A stretch of 64,000 nucleotides of DNA from Escherichia phage E26: sequence record MN655998.1; one strand, 5' to 3'. Position numbers and translations under genes: made by a program. Below the pieces are notes generated by a model that was given only the letters and a program-made list of their open reading frames with translations, had not been told where the DNA came from and searched no databases. How positions within the stretch are numbered: the first letter of the stretch is position 1; every line of letters starts with the position of its first letter. This document shows positions 1 to 9,463 of the stretch, one piece after another.

Positions 1-703
1 GCCCTTCGCGCTGCAAATACCAGTTATGTTTGATCGTCAATTCAGGCATACCGCTAGAATCGCCTACAATGTCCTCTGACACAACATAATTAAGTAAGAT
101 CTCATTACCTAGTGCCACGGTCTTTGATTCCACCACATCCTGTTCTACGTTCATTGTTGCCAGCATGATTTTAGTCGATGCGCTATTGGCTGAATCTTCC
201 GACTCACCCCACACTTTTACAGTATACACGCCGTTTTTATCTGCTGTAAATTTTTGGATTGTAATATCCTGTTTTGTGTCTATAACTTCTTCGCCCTTAC
301 TCCAACTATAATGTAGTTCATAGTTGTCTGATGGAGTCTTCCCACCAGAAAAATTTACTGTTGCATGTAATTCTACGTCTGTTTGTGATGATACGTAGAA
401 ATGCTGCGGTTCGGTGATATTTACGATTAATTCCGCTTCTTCCATGAGGAAAACTTCAGATTCTACTGATGTCGTCGTATCGGTATCTTGTACCGTTACT
501 TTATAGCTACCCGCATTTTCACTTGTTGCGCCTTCTACAGTTAGCGTAGCTGTGTTATTTTCATGCGGTTGGTCGTCTTTTGTCCATGTATATGTCAAAT
601 TGCTGGGTAATGGTTCGTCACCCTCTACAGTCGCCGTTAAGGTGAAACCATCGCCAGCAAGAAAACATCTTTTGTCAGATTTAATTGATACTGTGAAAGC
701 CAT
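1..703 (-). CDS. hoc: Hoc-like outer capsid decoration protein, N-terminal part (3' end lies beyond window start)
   Basis: Minus frame open from window edge to ATG near 703; product begins MAFTVSIK, Ig-like beta-rich repeats; position next to inh/uvsW as in T4. Confidence 0.5.
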   Translation of the reverse strand, partial: MAFTVSIKSDKRCFLAGDGFTLTATVEGDEPLPSNLTYTWTKDDQPHENNTATLTVEGATSENAGSYKVTVQDTDTTTSVESEVFLMEEAELIVNITEPQHFYVSSQTDVELHATVNFSGGKTPSDNYELHYSWSKGEEVIDTKQDITIQKFTADKNGVYTVKVWGESEDSANSASTKIMLATMNVEQDVVESKTVALGNEILLNYVVSEDIVGDSSGMPELTIKHNWYLQREG

Positions 704-872
704 ATAAAGCCACTCCCATCGAAAATCCGAATTTAATTAATTGAAATAGTTGATTGTCATCAACCAGATAACCATTGCGAGATTCCAATACATGAGTATT
801 AGAATAGTGATGCAACGAGGCCGAAATAGTATCGATCTCGTCTGGGTATTTGTTCTGTTTGATGTAATACAT
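681..872 (-). CDS. hypothetical small protein (63 aa) in hoc-inh spacer
   Basis: ORF track; overlaps hoc start in another frame; shares YYIK and KYP(D/E) motifs with C-terminus of the 969..1694 product. Confidence 0.2.
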   Translation of the reverse strand: MYYIKQNKYPDEIDTISASLHHYSNTHVLESRNGYLVDDNQLFQLIKFGFSMGVALYGFHSIN

Positions 873-968
873 TGATTTTGTTAGACATGTAGTATCCTCT
901 TTTTAATTGCATAACGGAACTACAATTAAAATTATAACAAATATTTCACAACTTTTATCACCCAAAAA

Positions 969-1694
969 TTACTTGAGTGTGTGGAATTGGCTATGTTTAG
1001 TCTCTCGCACCTTGACAGACCCATCGCGTTTGATATAATAGATCAGTGACTTGAGGGTGTCGTGTACATACGCGTGCGGGAAACGCTCTGGATACTTCTT
1101 CCAATCTGGAGTATTAACGATCCAGTCGAAAATCCACCACGGGCAGGAGTAGTAACCACGACCGCCACCGATCAAGCAAATGGTCGGACGGAAGCCAGTA
1201 AGATCGCAAAATGAATCAGTGTCATGTGATGGGGAACGATGTTCTGCTTCGTCAGAGAAAATGTTTGCTACCGGAGATTTCACTTTAACTTCCGGTGCTT
1301 CTTCAACATCTGACTTAACTTCTTCGACCACTGGTTCAACTGCTGGAGATTCTTCTTTTGTTTCTTCAATGACGATCTCAGTTTCTTTCATTGCTTCAAC
1401 CAGAGACGGGTCAACTTCGTCGAATACCACTTTATCATCTGCGGTGTCTGCTGCCAGAATAAGATCGTTAATACTGGTTCCTTCTGCCGGAGTTTCTTCT
1501 TCCATTTCGGAAGCCAGTTTAGTTAATTCGGTTTCTACGAACTCGATCATGTTCTCTAGTGATAAAGTCTTTTTGACCTTAATATCAAATTGTTTTGCGT
1601 AGTCAGCTAATTCTGTTTTAGCTGTTTTCTGTGCTTCTTTGTCGTCGGACGCCGCAATAGCGCGGAGTTCTTCGAAATATTCTTTATCAAACAT
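969..1694 (-). CDS. inh: Inh-like protein (position of T4 inhibitor of prohead protease); acidic central region
   Basis: 241 aa, between hoc and uvsW on opposite strand as in T4; assignment by synteny and size only. Confidence 0.35.
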   Translation of the reverse strand: MFDKEYFEELRAIAASDDKEAQKTAKTELADYAKQFDIKVKKTLSLENMIEFVETELTKLASEMEEETPAEGTSINDLILAADTADDKVVFDEVDPSLVEAMKETEIVIEETKEESPAVEPVVEEVKSDVEEAPEVKVKSPVANIFSDEAEHRSPSHDTDSFCDLTGFRPTICLIGGGRGYYSCPWWIFDWIVNTPDWKKYPERFPHAYVHDTLKSLIYYIKRDGSVKVRETKHSQFHTLK

Positions 1695-1720
1695 GTTATT
1701 CTCCTGATTGGGGGTGTTTG

Positions 1721-1728
1721 TATAAATA
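1721..1728 (+). promoter_or_regulatory. T4-type late promoter box TATAAATA upstream of uvsW
   Basis: Exact TATAAATA about 20 nt upstream of uvsW RBS/ATG. Confidence 0.5.
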
Positions 1729-1749
1729 TTTGTATACTGTATTTATTGA

Positions 1750-3267
1750 GTGAGGCTATTCGCTATGCAAGATATTAAAATTCACTTTCTGAACTACTCC
1801 CATGTTCAAATTGAATGTAGCGATTCAATTTTATTAGAAATGCGAGATTATTTTAGTTTTGAAGTCGAGGGAGCGCGGTTCCAAAAAAGATTTAAGTATG
1901 GTGGATGGGATGGGCGTATTCGTCTTTTAGATTACAACGGAAAGCTGCCAATCGGCCTAACTAAAACCGTGGGAATCTTCGCTAAAAATATGGGCTATAG
2001 CGTATGGGTAGATCCTCGCTTATTCGAAAAAGAACAAGTTACAGAAGAAGAAATTACAAAATGGTGTAATGACTTAGAATTATATTCCGGTGCTAACAGG
2101 ATCACCCCGCACTGGTATCAATCAAAGGCTGTCTTTGAAGGTATTCATCATAAACGCCGTATGTTAGTTTTGCCTACGTCCGCTGGTAAATCTGCGATTG
2201 CTTGTATGTTGTCTCGTTGGTACTTAGAGAACTACGAAGGGAAAGTGCTGATCATCGTTCCTACCACGTCGCTAGTGCTGCAAATGCGTGATGATTTTGT
2301 TGATTATCGCCAGTTTCCTTATGAAGCAATTCATACTATCATGAGCGGTACTAGTAAACACGTAGGTGATCGCCTGATCGTTGTTAGTACGTGGCAATCA
2401 GCATGTAAACAGCCTCGTGAGTGGTTCCAACAATTCGGGATGGTTATTGTTGACGAATGTCACAAGGCTACTGCTAAAAACCTGCTAAACATCGTTACTG
2501 ATATGGATCATTGCCAGTTTAAGATCGGCATGACTGGTTCCCCTCGTGACGGGAAAGCTAACATGATGCAGTATGTCGGGCTTTTCGGTGATATTTCTAA
2601 GATCGTGAGTATTGACCGCCTGATGGAAGAAGGGCAGGTGACAAAACTGAAAATTAACTGTCTTTTCCTTCGTTATACCGATGAGGAATGTAGCGCGGTT
2701 AAGGGTAGAGAATATGCGGAAGAGATCAAGTATATTACGTCTAACCCACGACGAAATAAGTTTGCTTGTAATTTGGCGCTAAAACTCGCTAAGAAGGGCG
2801 AAAACGTATTCCTGATGTTCCGCAATACTAAGCACGGAAAACTTATGTATGATGCGTTACAGAAGGTACACGACAAGGTTTATTATATTGACGGTGGAGT
2901 TAAGACAGAAGAACGTGATGAATTTAAGAAAATGGCGGAGGGTGACACCGGGATCATTTGTGTTGCGTCTTATGGTGTGTTCTCTACTGGTGTTTCAATT
3001 AAGAATTTGCACCATGTTATTTTCGGTCATCCAGTGAAGGAATCAACTATCGTTCGTCAGAGTATCGGTCGTGCATTGCGTAAACATGGTTCTAAGGATA
3101 TTGCAACGGTCTGGGATCTTATCGATCATCTGGCGGTGAAGACAAAGAGCAAGAATGCTAAGAAACAGTTTAGTCACCTTAATTATGCTCTTAAACATGC
3201 CCTTGAAAGAATAAAAATTTACAACACCGATCGATTCGAATATGTCACGAAAACCATCGAGATTTAA
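1750..3267 (+). CDS. uvsW: UvsW DNA/RNA-DNA helicase (SF2)
   Basis: 505 aa; Walker A LPTSAGKS, DECH box VIVDECH, N-terminal MxDIKIHF...FSFEV typical of T4 UvsW. Confidence 0.9.
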   Translation: MRLFAMQDIKIHFLNYSHVQIECSDSILLEMRDYFSFEVEGARFQKRFKYGGWDGRIRLLDYNGKLPIGLTKTVGIFAKNMGYSVWVDPRLFEKEQVTEEEITKWCNDLELYSGANRITPHWYQSKAVFEGIHHKRRMLVLPTSAGKSAIACMLSRWYLENYEGKVLIIVPTTSLVLQMRDDFVDYRQFPYEAIHTIMSGTSKHVGDRLIVVSTWQSACKQPREWFQQFGMVIVDECHKATAKNLLNIVTDMDHCQFKIGMTGSPRDGKANMMQYVGLFGDISKIVSIDRLMEEGQVTKLKINCLFLRYTDEECSAVKGREYAEEIKYITSNPRRNKFACNLALKLAKKGENVFLMFRNTKHGKLMYDALQKVHDKVYYIDGGVKTEERDEFKKMAEGDTGIICVASYGVFSTGVSIKNLHHVIFGHPVKESTIVRQSIGRALRKHGSKDIATVWDLIDHLAVKTKSKNAKKQFSHLNYALKHALERIKIYNTDRFEYVTKTIEI

Positions 3268-3310
3268 TAAATAGGGACTTTAATGTCCCTTTATTCTACG
3301 GAGATTAAAA

Positions 3311-3547
3311 ATGATTAGCTTTAAACGTTTTTTGGTTGAGGCCGCTATTGACGGTTTCATGAGTAAGATTTATTCTTGTAATACTATCGAGGGATTAAAT
3401 GAACTTGAGGCATATTATGAGAAGCGCAAGAAAGAAACAGAATTGAAACCTGCTGATGATATTTCGATCCGTGATGCCATCGCTGGACGCCGTAAGCAAT
3501 TGGAAGCGGACAACGAGCCAGAAGAGGAGCCGGAAGAGGATTTTTAA
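3311..3547 (+). CDS. uvsW.1: UvsW.1-like small acidic protein
   Basis: 78 aa ORF directly after uvsW, acidic C-terminus; synteny. Confidence 0.5.
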   Translation: MISFKRFLVEAAIDGFMSKIYSCNTIEGLNELEAYYEKRKKETELKPADDISIRDAIAGRRKQLEADNEPEEEPEEDF

Positions 3548-3552
3548 GATAT

Positions 3553-3583
3553 AAAAAAGCCCCATCATTGATGGGGCAAAATA
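3553..3583. terminator. GC hairpin GCCCCATCA/TGATGGGGC flanked by A-run and T-run (bidirectional terminator candidate)
   Basis: Perfect 9-bp palindrome; T-run on minus strand after stem, A-run before on plus. Confidence 0.45.
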
Positions 3584-3610
3584 AACCAATTAAAATCGGT
3601 TATCAACAAA

Positions 3611-3787
3611 TTACATTAACAGCATTGTTTGCTCTACGAGTTGTTCTTGTTCTTCGCCGTTCGCATCTTCACTAATCGAACGTTCTGTTACTAGCTGTAA
3701 GCAGTAGCCAGTGTGAACAACGCCGTTTTCTGTCTGGACGGCTAACGCATCCTCGACAGGTTGTTTACAACAAATACAGATTTTCAT
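3611..3787 (-). CDS. UvsY.-2-like small Cys-rich protein (58 aa)
   Basis: Hand-translated MKICICCKQPVEDALAVQTENGVVHTGYCLQLV...; CxCC...C pattern; position between uvsW.1 and uvsY. Confidence 0.4.
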   Translation of the reverse strand: MKICICCKQPVEDALAVQTENGVVHTGYCLQLVTERSISEDANGEEQEQLVEQTMLLM

Positions 3788-3807
3788 AAAATTCCTCCTG
3801 TATGTAT

Positions 3808-4215
3808 TTAGCGACCAGATTCCAGCATACGCAATTCTATAGCATTCTTGATCGCAAATCCACGAGATTTAACGATATCAAGTGCGCGACCAGCGAAATC
3901 CATTACCATCTGGTAATATGCAATTTTCGTATCAAGTGGTAAGATCTCGTCGTCTGCTGCCATGACAACTTTCAATTCTGATTTCTCATACTCAGCGCGA
4001 CACCAGTCATCACTACGATTAGTGTAAAAGTCAAGACGATTTTTCATAGCCTTTTTCTTTTTAGCCTCAAGAGCAATCGTCTCTCTTTTCGCCTCGCTGT
4101 AAATCCTTAACCACTTTGAGTATACTACCGGATTATTCAGCGCCTCCCATTGCAACTTAGTCGCATCGATCTTCATGTCAGCTTCTAATTGTTCTTTCAA
4201 ATCGTTTAGGTCCAT
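3808..4215 (-). CDS. uvsY: UvsY recombination mediator
   Basis: 135 aa; MDLNDLKEQLEADMKIDATKLQWEA...KSRGFAIKNAIELR resembles T4 UvsY throughout. Confidence 0.85.
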   Translation of the reverse strand: MDLNDLKEQLEADMKIDATKLQWEALNNPVVYSKWLRIYSEAKRETIALEAKKKKAMKNRLDFYTNRSDDWCRAEYEKSELKVVMAADDEILPLDTKIAYYQMVMDFAGRALDIVKSRGFAIKNAIELRMLESGR

Positions 4216-4262
4216 AATATCCCCTTATTCACACTAAGACCTATATCATATCACACACAAAA

Positions 4263-4649
4263 TCACTTTGCAAGTCTTATGCGTAGTTGTTCAAGATCAT
4301 CTGGGTTATCTATTACTGAAAAGTAGATTGATACTATGATTGAGTTATCGTCGTACTGCGGAGTTACTTCTACTGTCAGGTTTCGGACCCGTGGTTCATA
4401 GTTTCGGATCGCCTCATTGATGTTTTTTGATAAGGTATCCACTGTCAGTGGGTTCATGTTCTCAAACAGTGATTTATTGAGATCGCATCCAAACAGTGGA
4501 TCAAATGGACGAGATCCCTTGCGAGTAGTAACGATCAGTAGAATAGAATCCTTAACCGCTTTAATCCCTATGTTCTTTTTAACGTCGTTATTCCACGATC
4601 TGGATATATTGAGATCCAAATCAGTATACATCTGATTAATAGTTGCCAT
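4263..4649 (-). CDS. 25: baseplate wedge subunit gp25 (start adjusted to MATINQMY)
   Basis: TTRKGSRPFDPLFGCDL and RNYEPR motifs as in T4 gp25; ~128 aa. Confidence 0.85.
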   Translation of the reverse strand: MATINQMYTDLDLNISRSWNNDVKKNIGIKAVKDSILLIVTTRKGSRPFDPLFGCDLNKSLFENMNPLTVDTLSKNINEAIRNYEPRVRNLTVEVTPQYDDNSIIVSIYFSVIDNPDDLEQLRIRLAK

Positions 4650-4657
4650 GTTATACC

Positions 4658-5287
4658 TCAAAGAATTTTAAGGAAACTGGATAGACCTGATAATGAATAT
4701 ACACCAGATTCCCCGCATTCGCACTTGATCGGTACTGCCAGCGTGATTTGATTTCTTGTTAGCTCGTCGATCACTTCTTCCACTTTATCCGTGGTAAGCA
4801 TATCCAGCACGCGGTCAAAGTCCTGTGCGTTCAGGTCGTCTATATTGAATTGCTGATCGCCGATCACGATATATTCGATACATGCAATTACCATCTGCAT
4901 AATATCAACATCTTCTGTAAACTTAGGTTGACGAAACTTGATTTTTACTTGTCCTAAGTCCAGAATATACGGTTCAACTTCTGGTATCTGTGTGCGTGAA
5001 ACATCAAGAGAATATACTTTCTCTTTATTGCATACACCGCATACCCAAGTAGCATCAATTTTCATCTTATTGAGGCTGTGACACCATAAGAGAAGAAAAA
5101 TATATTCTGCTTCGCATTTCTCTAGCTCTAATGCATTGATCCCCGTACATTCATGTATGATCTCTATAACAACCTCTGACAGCTTGCCAGTCTCTTTTGC
5201 TGCTACCAGTTTTTGAAATTCGCCGAAGGTGAAAGCACGGGCGTGTATCAACTTTTCGCCTAATTGGATCTTGAAAAAGTATTGCAT
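4658..5287 (-). CDS. 26: baseplate hub subunit gp26
   Basis: 209 aa, synteny 25-26-51, size match. Confidence 0.75.
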   Translation of the reverse strand: MQYFFKIQLGEKLIHARAFTFGEFQKLVAAKETGKLSEVVIEIIHECTGINALELEKCEAEYIFLLLWCHSLNKMKIDATWVCGVCNKEKVYSLDVSRTQIPEVEPYILDLGQVKIKFRQPKFTEDVDIMQMVIACIEYIVIGDQQFNIDDLNAQDFDRVLDMLTTDKVEEVIDELTRNQITLAVPIKCECGESGVYSLSGLSSFLKIL

Positions 5288-5329
5288 AATAAAACACCCT
5301 TTATAAACACATAGAATTATTTAGTATTT

Positions 5330-5337
5330 TATAAATA
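5330..5337 (+). promoter_or_regulatory. late promoter TATAAATA upstream of gene 51
   Basis: TATAAATA ~20 nt upstream of gp51 ATG in the divergent 26/51 spacer. Confidence 0.5.
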
Positions 5338-5357
5338 CCCGAAAGGGGGATTATACC

Positions 5358-6128
5358 ATGAATATTATCCGAATAAAACTACCGGAAGGTGTGCAGAGAT
5401 TTAAACCATTCACGGTAAAAGATTATAGAGATTTCCTTCTGGTGTCAACTGAAATTAAGATGAATCCAGAAGAAGAACAAACGATTCTTGATGAGCTATT
5501 AGAAGAAATATATCCAGAAGTAGATCCTGCATTTCGTGAATATATTTTCCTGAATGTCTTTACTAGTTCAATTGGTAAAACTAAGATACCGCTTTGTTTT
5601 ACTTGCCCGACTTGCAACAAAGAAAGAAAAATGTTGCTTAACTTACAGATTGAAGCACTAAAACCAATCGTTCTGGAGGCCGCAGGGCTTAAAATAACTT
5701 TCCGGTATGTGAAACCATCAACCGACTATGCAAAAACGTTTCTAGATGCGATAGAGCGTGTATCTGATGGTATTAATGATTATCTATGGACTGAATTACC
5801 GGAAGAAGTTAGAGAACAGGTTATCGATTCAATCTCATTTGCTGAATTTGAAGAAGTTGTTAAGCAGATGCACACGATCAAGATCGAACAAAAGATATCT
5901 TGTTGTGAAAGTCATGATCTAAAATACATAGGTCTTCTTCCATTATTCAAATTGTTGTTGAATCCAGATGAGTTATTCATCTTTTATCGAATAAACCATC
6001 TATTGGCAAAATCAAATTATTCTATCAGTGATCTTATGGATATGTTACCGATTGAGAGAAACATTGCATTGACACTGGTCGAGAAAGACGTAAAAGAGGC
6101 AAACAATGCAAAGAACGGGGTTTCCTAA
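5358..6128 (+). CDS. 51: baseplate hub assembly protein gp51
   Basis: 256 aa, synteny and size. Confidence 0.75.
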   Translation: MNIIRIKLPEGVQRFKPFTVKDYRDFLLVSTEIKMNPEEEQTILDELLEEIYPEVDPAFREYIFLNVFTSSIGKTKIPLCFTCPTCNKERKMLLNLQIEALKPIVLEAAGLKITFRYVKPSTDYAKTFLDAIERVSDGINDYLWTELPEEVREQVIDSISFAEFEEVVKQMHTIKIEQKISCCESHDLKYIGLLPLFKLLLNPDELFIFYRINHLLAKSNYSISDLMDMLPIERNIALTLVEKDVKEANNAKNGVS

Positions 6129-7215
6129 TGTCTCAATAAAACTTTATCAGGATTATGAGGCGTTTCTAAATCATCGCTTTATAGAGTTGGGTGCTACCTT
6201 TGTTACAATGACTCTGCGTGATTCGATCCGTGGGGTCAATGAAGGATTGTTGCAATTCTATGATAATAAAGCGATGCATACAAAATTAAACGGACGAGAG
6301 ATTATTCAGATTTCGCTATCCACTGCCAACACAGATGAAGTGTTCAACCGAATCTATGGGATCTCTCATAGTAATGTAACTATTGACCAAAAATCTGACA
6401 ACATTTTAACATTCCAGTTAAAGAGCTATCACGAAACACTAAACCTTAAATTTTCTCGCGCATTGACAAATAACGCTGTTAATAACGTAACCAGTATGAT
6501 TGATGCCATCTATAAGGAAGTTCCTTTATGGAAACCTACTATAAAGGGCGATAACGTTGTTATTCCTCGTTGCCCGTGGGTTAGTACCATAAATGACTAT
6601 ATGGATTTTGTTAGGGCATACGGGCAAAGCGTAGAAACCGAGTCTTTCGTGTATTGCTGGGAAGATTTTGATGGTATAACGATCGCTGGACACGATACAA
6701 TATTAAAAAATGAGCCAATACCAGCTATAATCTGTGAGCCTAGACTCATGGGGCAATTTATTGATATGTCGCCTAATCTGATGGTTTTTAATTTCGAGTG
6801 GCAGACTAAGAGCAATGCTAAAGTTAAAAATTCATTTAGCAATGTGACATACACAACTATTGATTTTGTTACTAAGCAGTATAATAAAATTGTTGTTGGT
6901 AATGGGGATAATATTGCACACTTTGCTCATGGTGGCGCTTATGGTAATTTAACTTATAAGAATGCGTTTTTGGAAGGTTCTAAACTTGCCATAATAGAAC
7001 AATATGATTCATATGCTACCGCCGTGTGTCACGGTAATTTTTCGTTGCGCCCCGGTATGGTTATTCGATTCTTTGATGAGAAACAACAAGCACGCAATGA
7101 TTTTATTGTTGACGAAGTTGTGCATGAAATTAGCCGAGAGCAATCATTAACTCACCTGTATATGATCGGTAACAGCGAAGAATTACAGGAAGTAAAATTT
7201 GAAGGTAAGATATAA
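6106..7215 (+). CDS. 27: baseplate hub subunit gp27
   Basis: 369 aa, overlaps gp51 end and gp28 start as in T4. Confidence 0.8.
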   Translation: MQRTGFPNVSIKLYQDYEAFLNHRFIELGATFVTMTLRDSIRGVNEGLLQFYDNKAMHTKLNGREIIQISLSTANTDEVFNRIYGISHSNVTIDQKSDNILTFQLKSYHETLNLKFSRALTNNAVNNVTSMIDAIYKEVPLWKPTIKGDNVVIPRCPWVSTINDYMDFVRAYGQSVETESFVYCWEDFDGITIAGHDTILKNEPIPAIICEPRLMGQFIDMSPNLMVFNFEWQTKSNAKVKNSFSNVTYTTIDFVTKQYNKIVVGNGDNIAHFAHGGAYGNLTYKNAFLEGSKLAIIEQYDSYATAVCHGNFSLRPGMVIRFFDEKQQARNDFIVDEVVHEISREQSLTHLYMIGNSEELQEVKFEGKI

Positions 7216-7733
7216 TGACAGAAACTAAACCTATGTTAAAATTTGTTGTTCCTGTAAAAAAATTAGAGATAAACGGGAAACATATTAAGATCCCAAAAAT
7301 GGGGATTAAGCAACATCGATTATTAAAAGATGTTCGTAGCTGTGATGAAACATTAAAGATTCTTCTTGATTCAATCTGTCCTGGGTTAAACGCTGCCGAG
7401 TCTGAATTGGTTATGCTTAACCTTTGTGCGTTTAATGGTAAGTGTCTGGAAGAAAAAGATGGTCTTAAGCTGTCTGATGTGTATATTTGTACAGAGACCG
7501 AATTTACTTTAAATGGTAAAGTCTTTAAATTTAAAAATCCAATGTATACTTCTGACCCCATTATCGATGACGCTGATTTCTTGAGTCATCATTATCACGA
7601 TCCTAGCGTAGACTTCCATGATTTCCCAGCTTTTATTATGGATTGGGCTACAGGATTAAGAAAAACTATTGCACTGGATACACCGGAAGGTACTATCTAT
7701 GGTGGAATTAACATATTGGATCGCCTATCATGA
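7215..7733 (+). CDS. 28: baseplate hub distal subunit gp28
   Basis: 172 aa, ATGA overlap coupling, synteny. Confidence 0.75.
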   Translation: MTETKPMLKFVVPVKKLEINGKHIKIPKMGIKQHRLLKDVRSCDETLKILLDSICPGLNAAESELVMLNLCAFNGKCLEEKDGLKLSDVYICTETEFTLNGKVFKFKNPMYTSDPIIDDADFLSHHYHDPSVDFHDFPAFIMDWATGLRKTIALDTPEGTIYGGINILDRLS

Positions 7734-9463
7734 ATGACGCATTAACATCATTTCGCGGGATGCGCAAGGAAGCGGAAGAAAACCCGATTGATAAACTTAA
7801 CAAATTAGATAAACTTGATTCTATTGATAATTTGCAAGCCGCTACCGAATTGGTGGCAGAGACAGTAGAACAAAAATCTAATGAAGTTGTTGGTGCGGTA
7901 GAGGATAACACCGCAGCCAATGAATTGACGGCAGAGAATACCCAATCTACCGCTGGCAATACCCAAAAAACTTATGAAGAATTGCAAAAACTCAATAATT
8001 TCTCTTCTCAGATGAATGAGAAATTACGTGGTTTTGGTGTTATGATGGAACGTAGATTTGGTGTTGTCAGTAAAATGGCTAGCGGTATTGGTGCGATTGA
8101 AGAAGCACTGAAAAAACCGGAACAACCGCAAACAATGCCATCACCTCAGCCAGTTTTGCCTACTGTACCGGAACAGCCTAATAATGACAACTATCAAGGT
8201 CTTCCAAAGAAAAAACCAGATGTTGAGGAACGGAAGAAAAAGAACGCCGCAGATAAGCGTAATGCGGATTCTATGGAAAATCTTCTTAAAGTTGTTCGTG
8301 GAGGATTTAAAGAAACCATAGGCATCTCTAATAAGGTCTTAGGGATGTTATTTAAGATCACCTTGACCGCTATGGCAGAAGCCGCAAAATGGGGCGCTAT
8401 TTTGATGGGTATTGTTTTTGCCATCGATACCCTTATGATTCATTTCAGATATTGGAGTGATTTATTCGAAACACAATTCGATGAATTTATGGATAAGGCC
8501 GGAGAATGGGCTGGACCAATTAGTGATATTCTAACAACTATTCGTCAAGTTCGAGATTATTGGTCTAAAGGTGAATATGGAGAATTAATTAAATCGCTGG
8601 TTATGGGTATTGGTGATGCATTCTATAAAACCTTTATCCAACTTGATCGAATTATCACTACTGGTATTGCTAAAATTCTTCGCATGATCCCTGGTATGGG
8701 TGATTATGCCGATAAGTTAGAATATGGTGCTTTAAAATCTGCTGTCGCTCAAGGCTATACGCCAAATGAAAGAGAACTCGAATTAATGGATAAGGTCGAG
8801 TCTGAACACGAAGAGGACAAATACGGGGAGCGCACAGGGTGGACCGGAAAAGCCCGTGATATTGGCGAAGCTATTGGGGATTCTATTAAGGATAAAGTTA
8901 ACGAAGGTCTTGTTAGTCTGGGTTGGAGAGATCAAAAGGATGTTGACGCAGAGAAACGACAAGAAGAGTTAAAGCGCGGGGAATACAAGTCTGTTTCTGC
9001 TGAACAACGATCTGCTAGTCGTAAACTTAAAATTAAAAGCGAGGGAGCGATCAATAATATTAATGAAGTTATGGAGAATTTGAGCGGTGACTATGACAAA
9101 GAAAGAATGGGAGAGTTGAAAAAGGATATTGATGTTTACCGTGAGAAAGTTCAAGATCCTACATTAGTTGAAAGTGATCGTTCTCAGTTAGAGCGTCTTA
9201 TTGAAAAATTTGATGAGATGTATGCTGATAAAACTAAGGGTGTTGTGCAAACACAGCCAGTTCCGGCAACTGAAACGGAAACAGCAAAACAAGCGGAGCG
9301 TACTGAACAAATGCAGAAACAAGCTGCAATCCAGCAACAAACGACAAATCAGACCTCAAACGTAAATAATACACAAATTGTAACAAACAATAGAACTATT
9401 AAACAGGGTGCACCAACAACTAGAATTGATGCCCCCGGTACAATTAATATGGGGAACTTTTAA
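7730..9463 (+). CDS. 29: baseplate hub subunit / tail length determinator gp29
   Basis: 577 aa, coiled-coil-rich, Q/T-rich C-terminus, synteny. Confidence 0.8.
   Translation: MNDALTSFRGMRKEAEENPIDKLNKLDKLDSIDNLQAATELVAETVEQKSNEVVGAVEDNTAANELTAENTQSTAGNTQKTYEELQKLNNFSSQMNEKLRGFGVMMERRFGVVSKMASGIGAIEEALKKPEQPQTMPSPQPVLPTVPEQPNNDNYQGLPKKKPDVEERKKKNAADKRNADSMENLLKVVRGGFKETIGISNKVLGMLFKITLTAMAEAAKWGAILMGIVFAIDTLMIHFRYWSDLFETQFDEFMDKAGEWAGPISDILTTIRQVRDYWSKGEYGELIKSLVMGIGDAFYKTFIQLDRIITTGIAKILRMIPGMGDYADKLEYGALKSAVAQGYTPNERELELMDKVESEHEEDKYGERTGWTGKARDIGEAIGDSIKDKVNEGLVSLGWRDQKDVDAEKRQEELKRGEYKSVSAEQRSASRKLKIKSEGAINNINEVMENLSGDYDKERMGELKKDIDVYREKVQDPTLVESDRSQLERLIEKFDEMYADKTKGVVQTQPVPATETETAKQAERTEQMQKQAAIQQQTTNQTSNVNNTQIVTNNRTIKQGAPTTRIDAPGTINMGNF

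Noticed and set aside
1180-1602. Plus-strand ORF (140 aa, Ser/Thr-rich) opposite the Inh-like gene, and similar antisense ORFs elsewhere (e.g. 14374..14976, 34798..35181, 37989..38405, 40451..41053, 45933..46181, 51821..52174)
   Set aside because: They lie entirely within well-supported genes on the opposite strand, lack RBS, and have low-complexity composition typical of shadow ORFs
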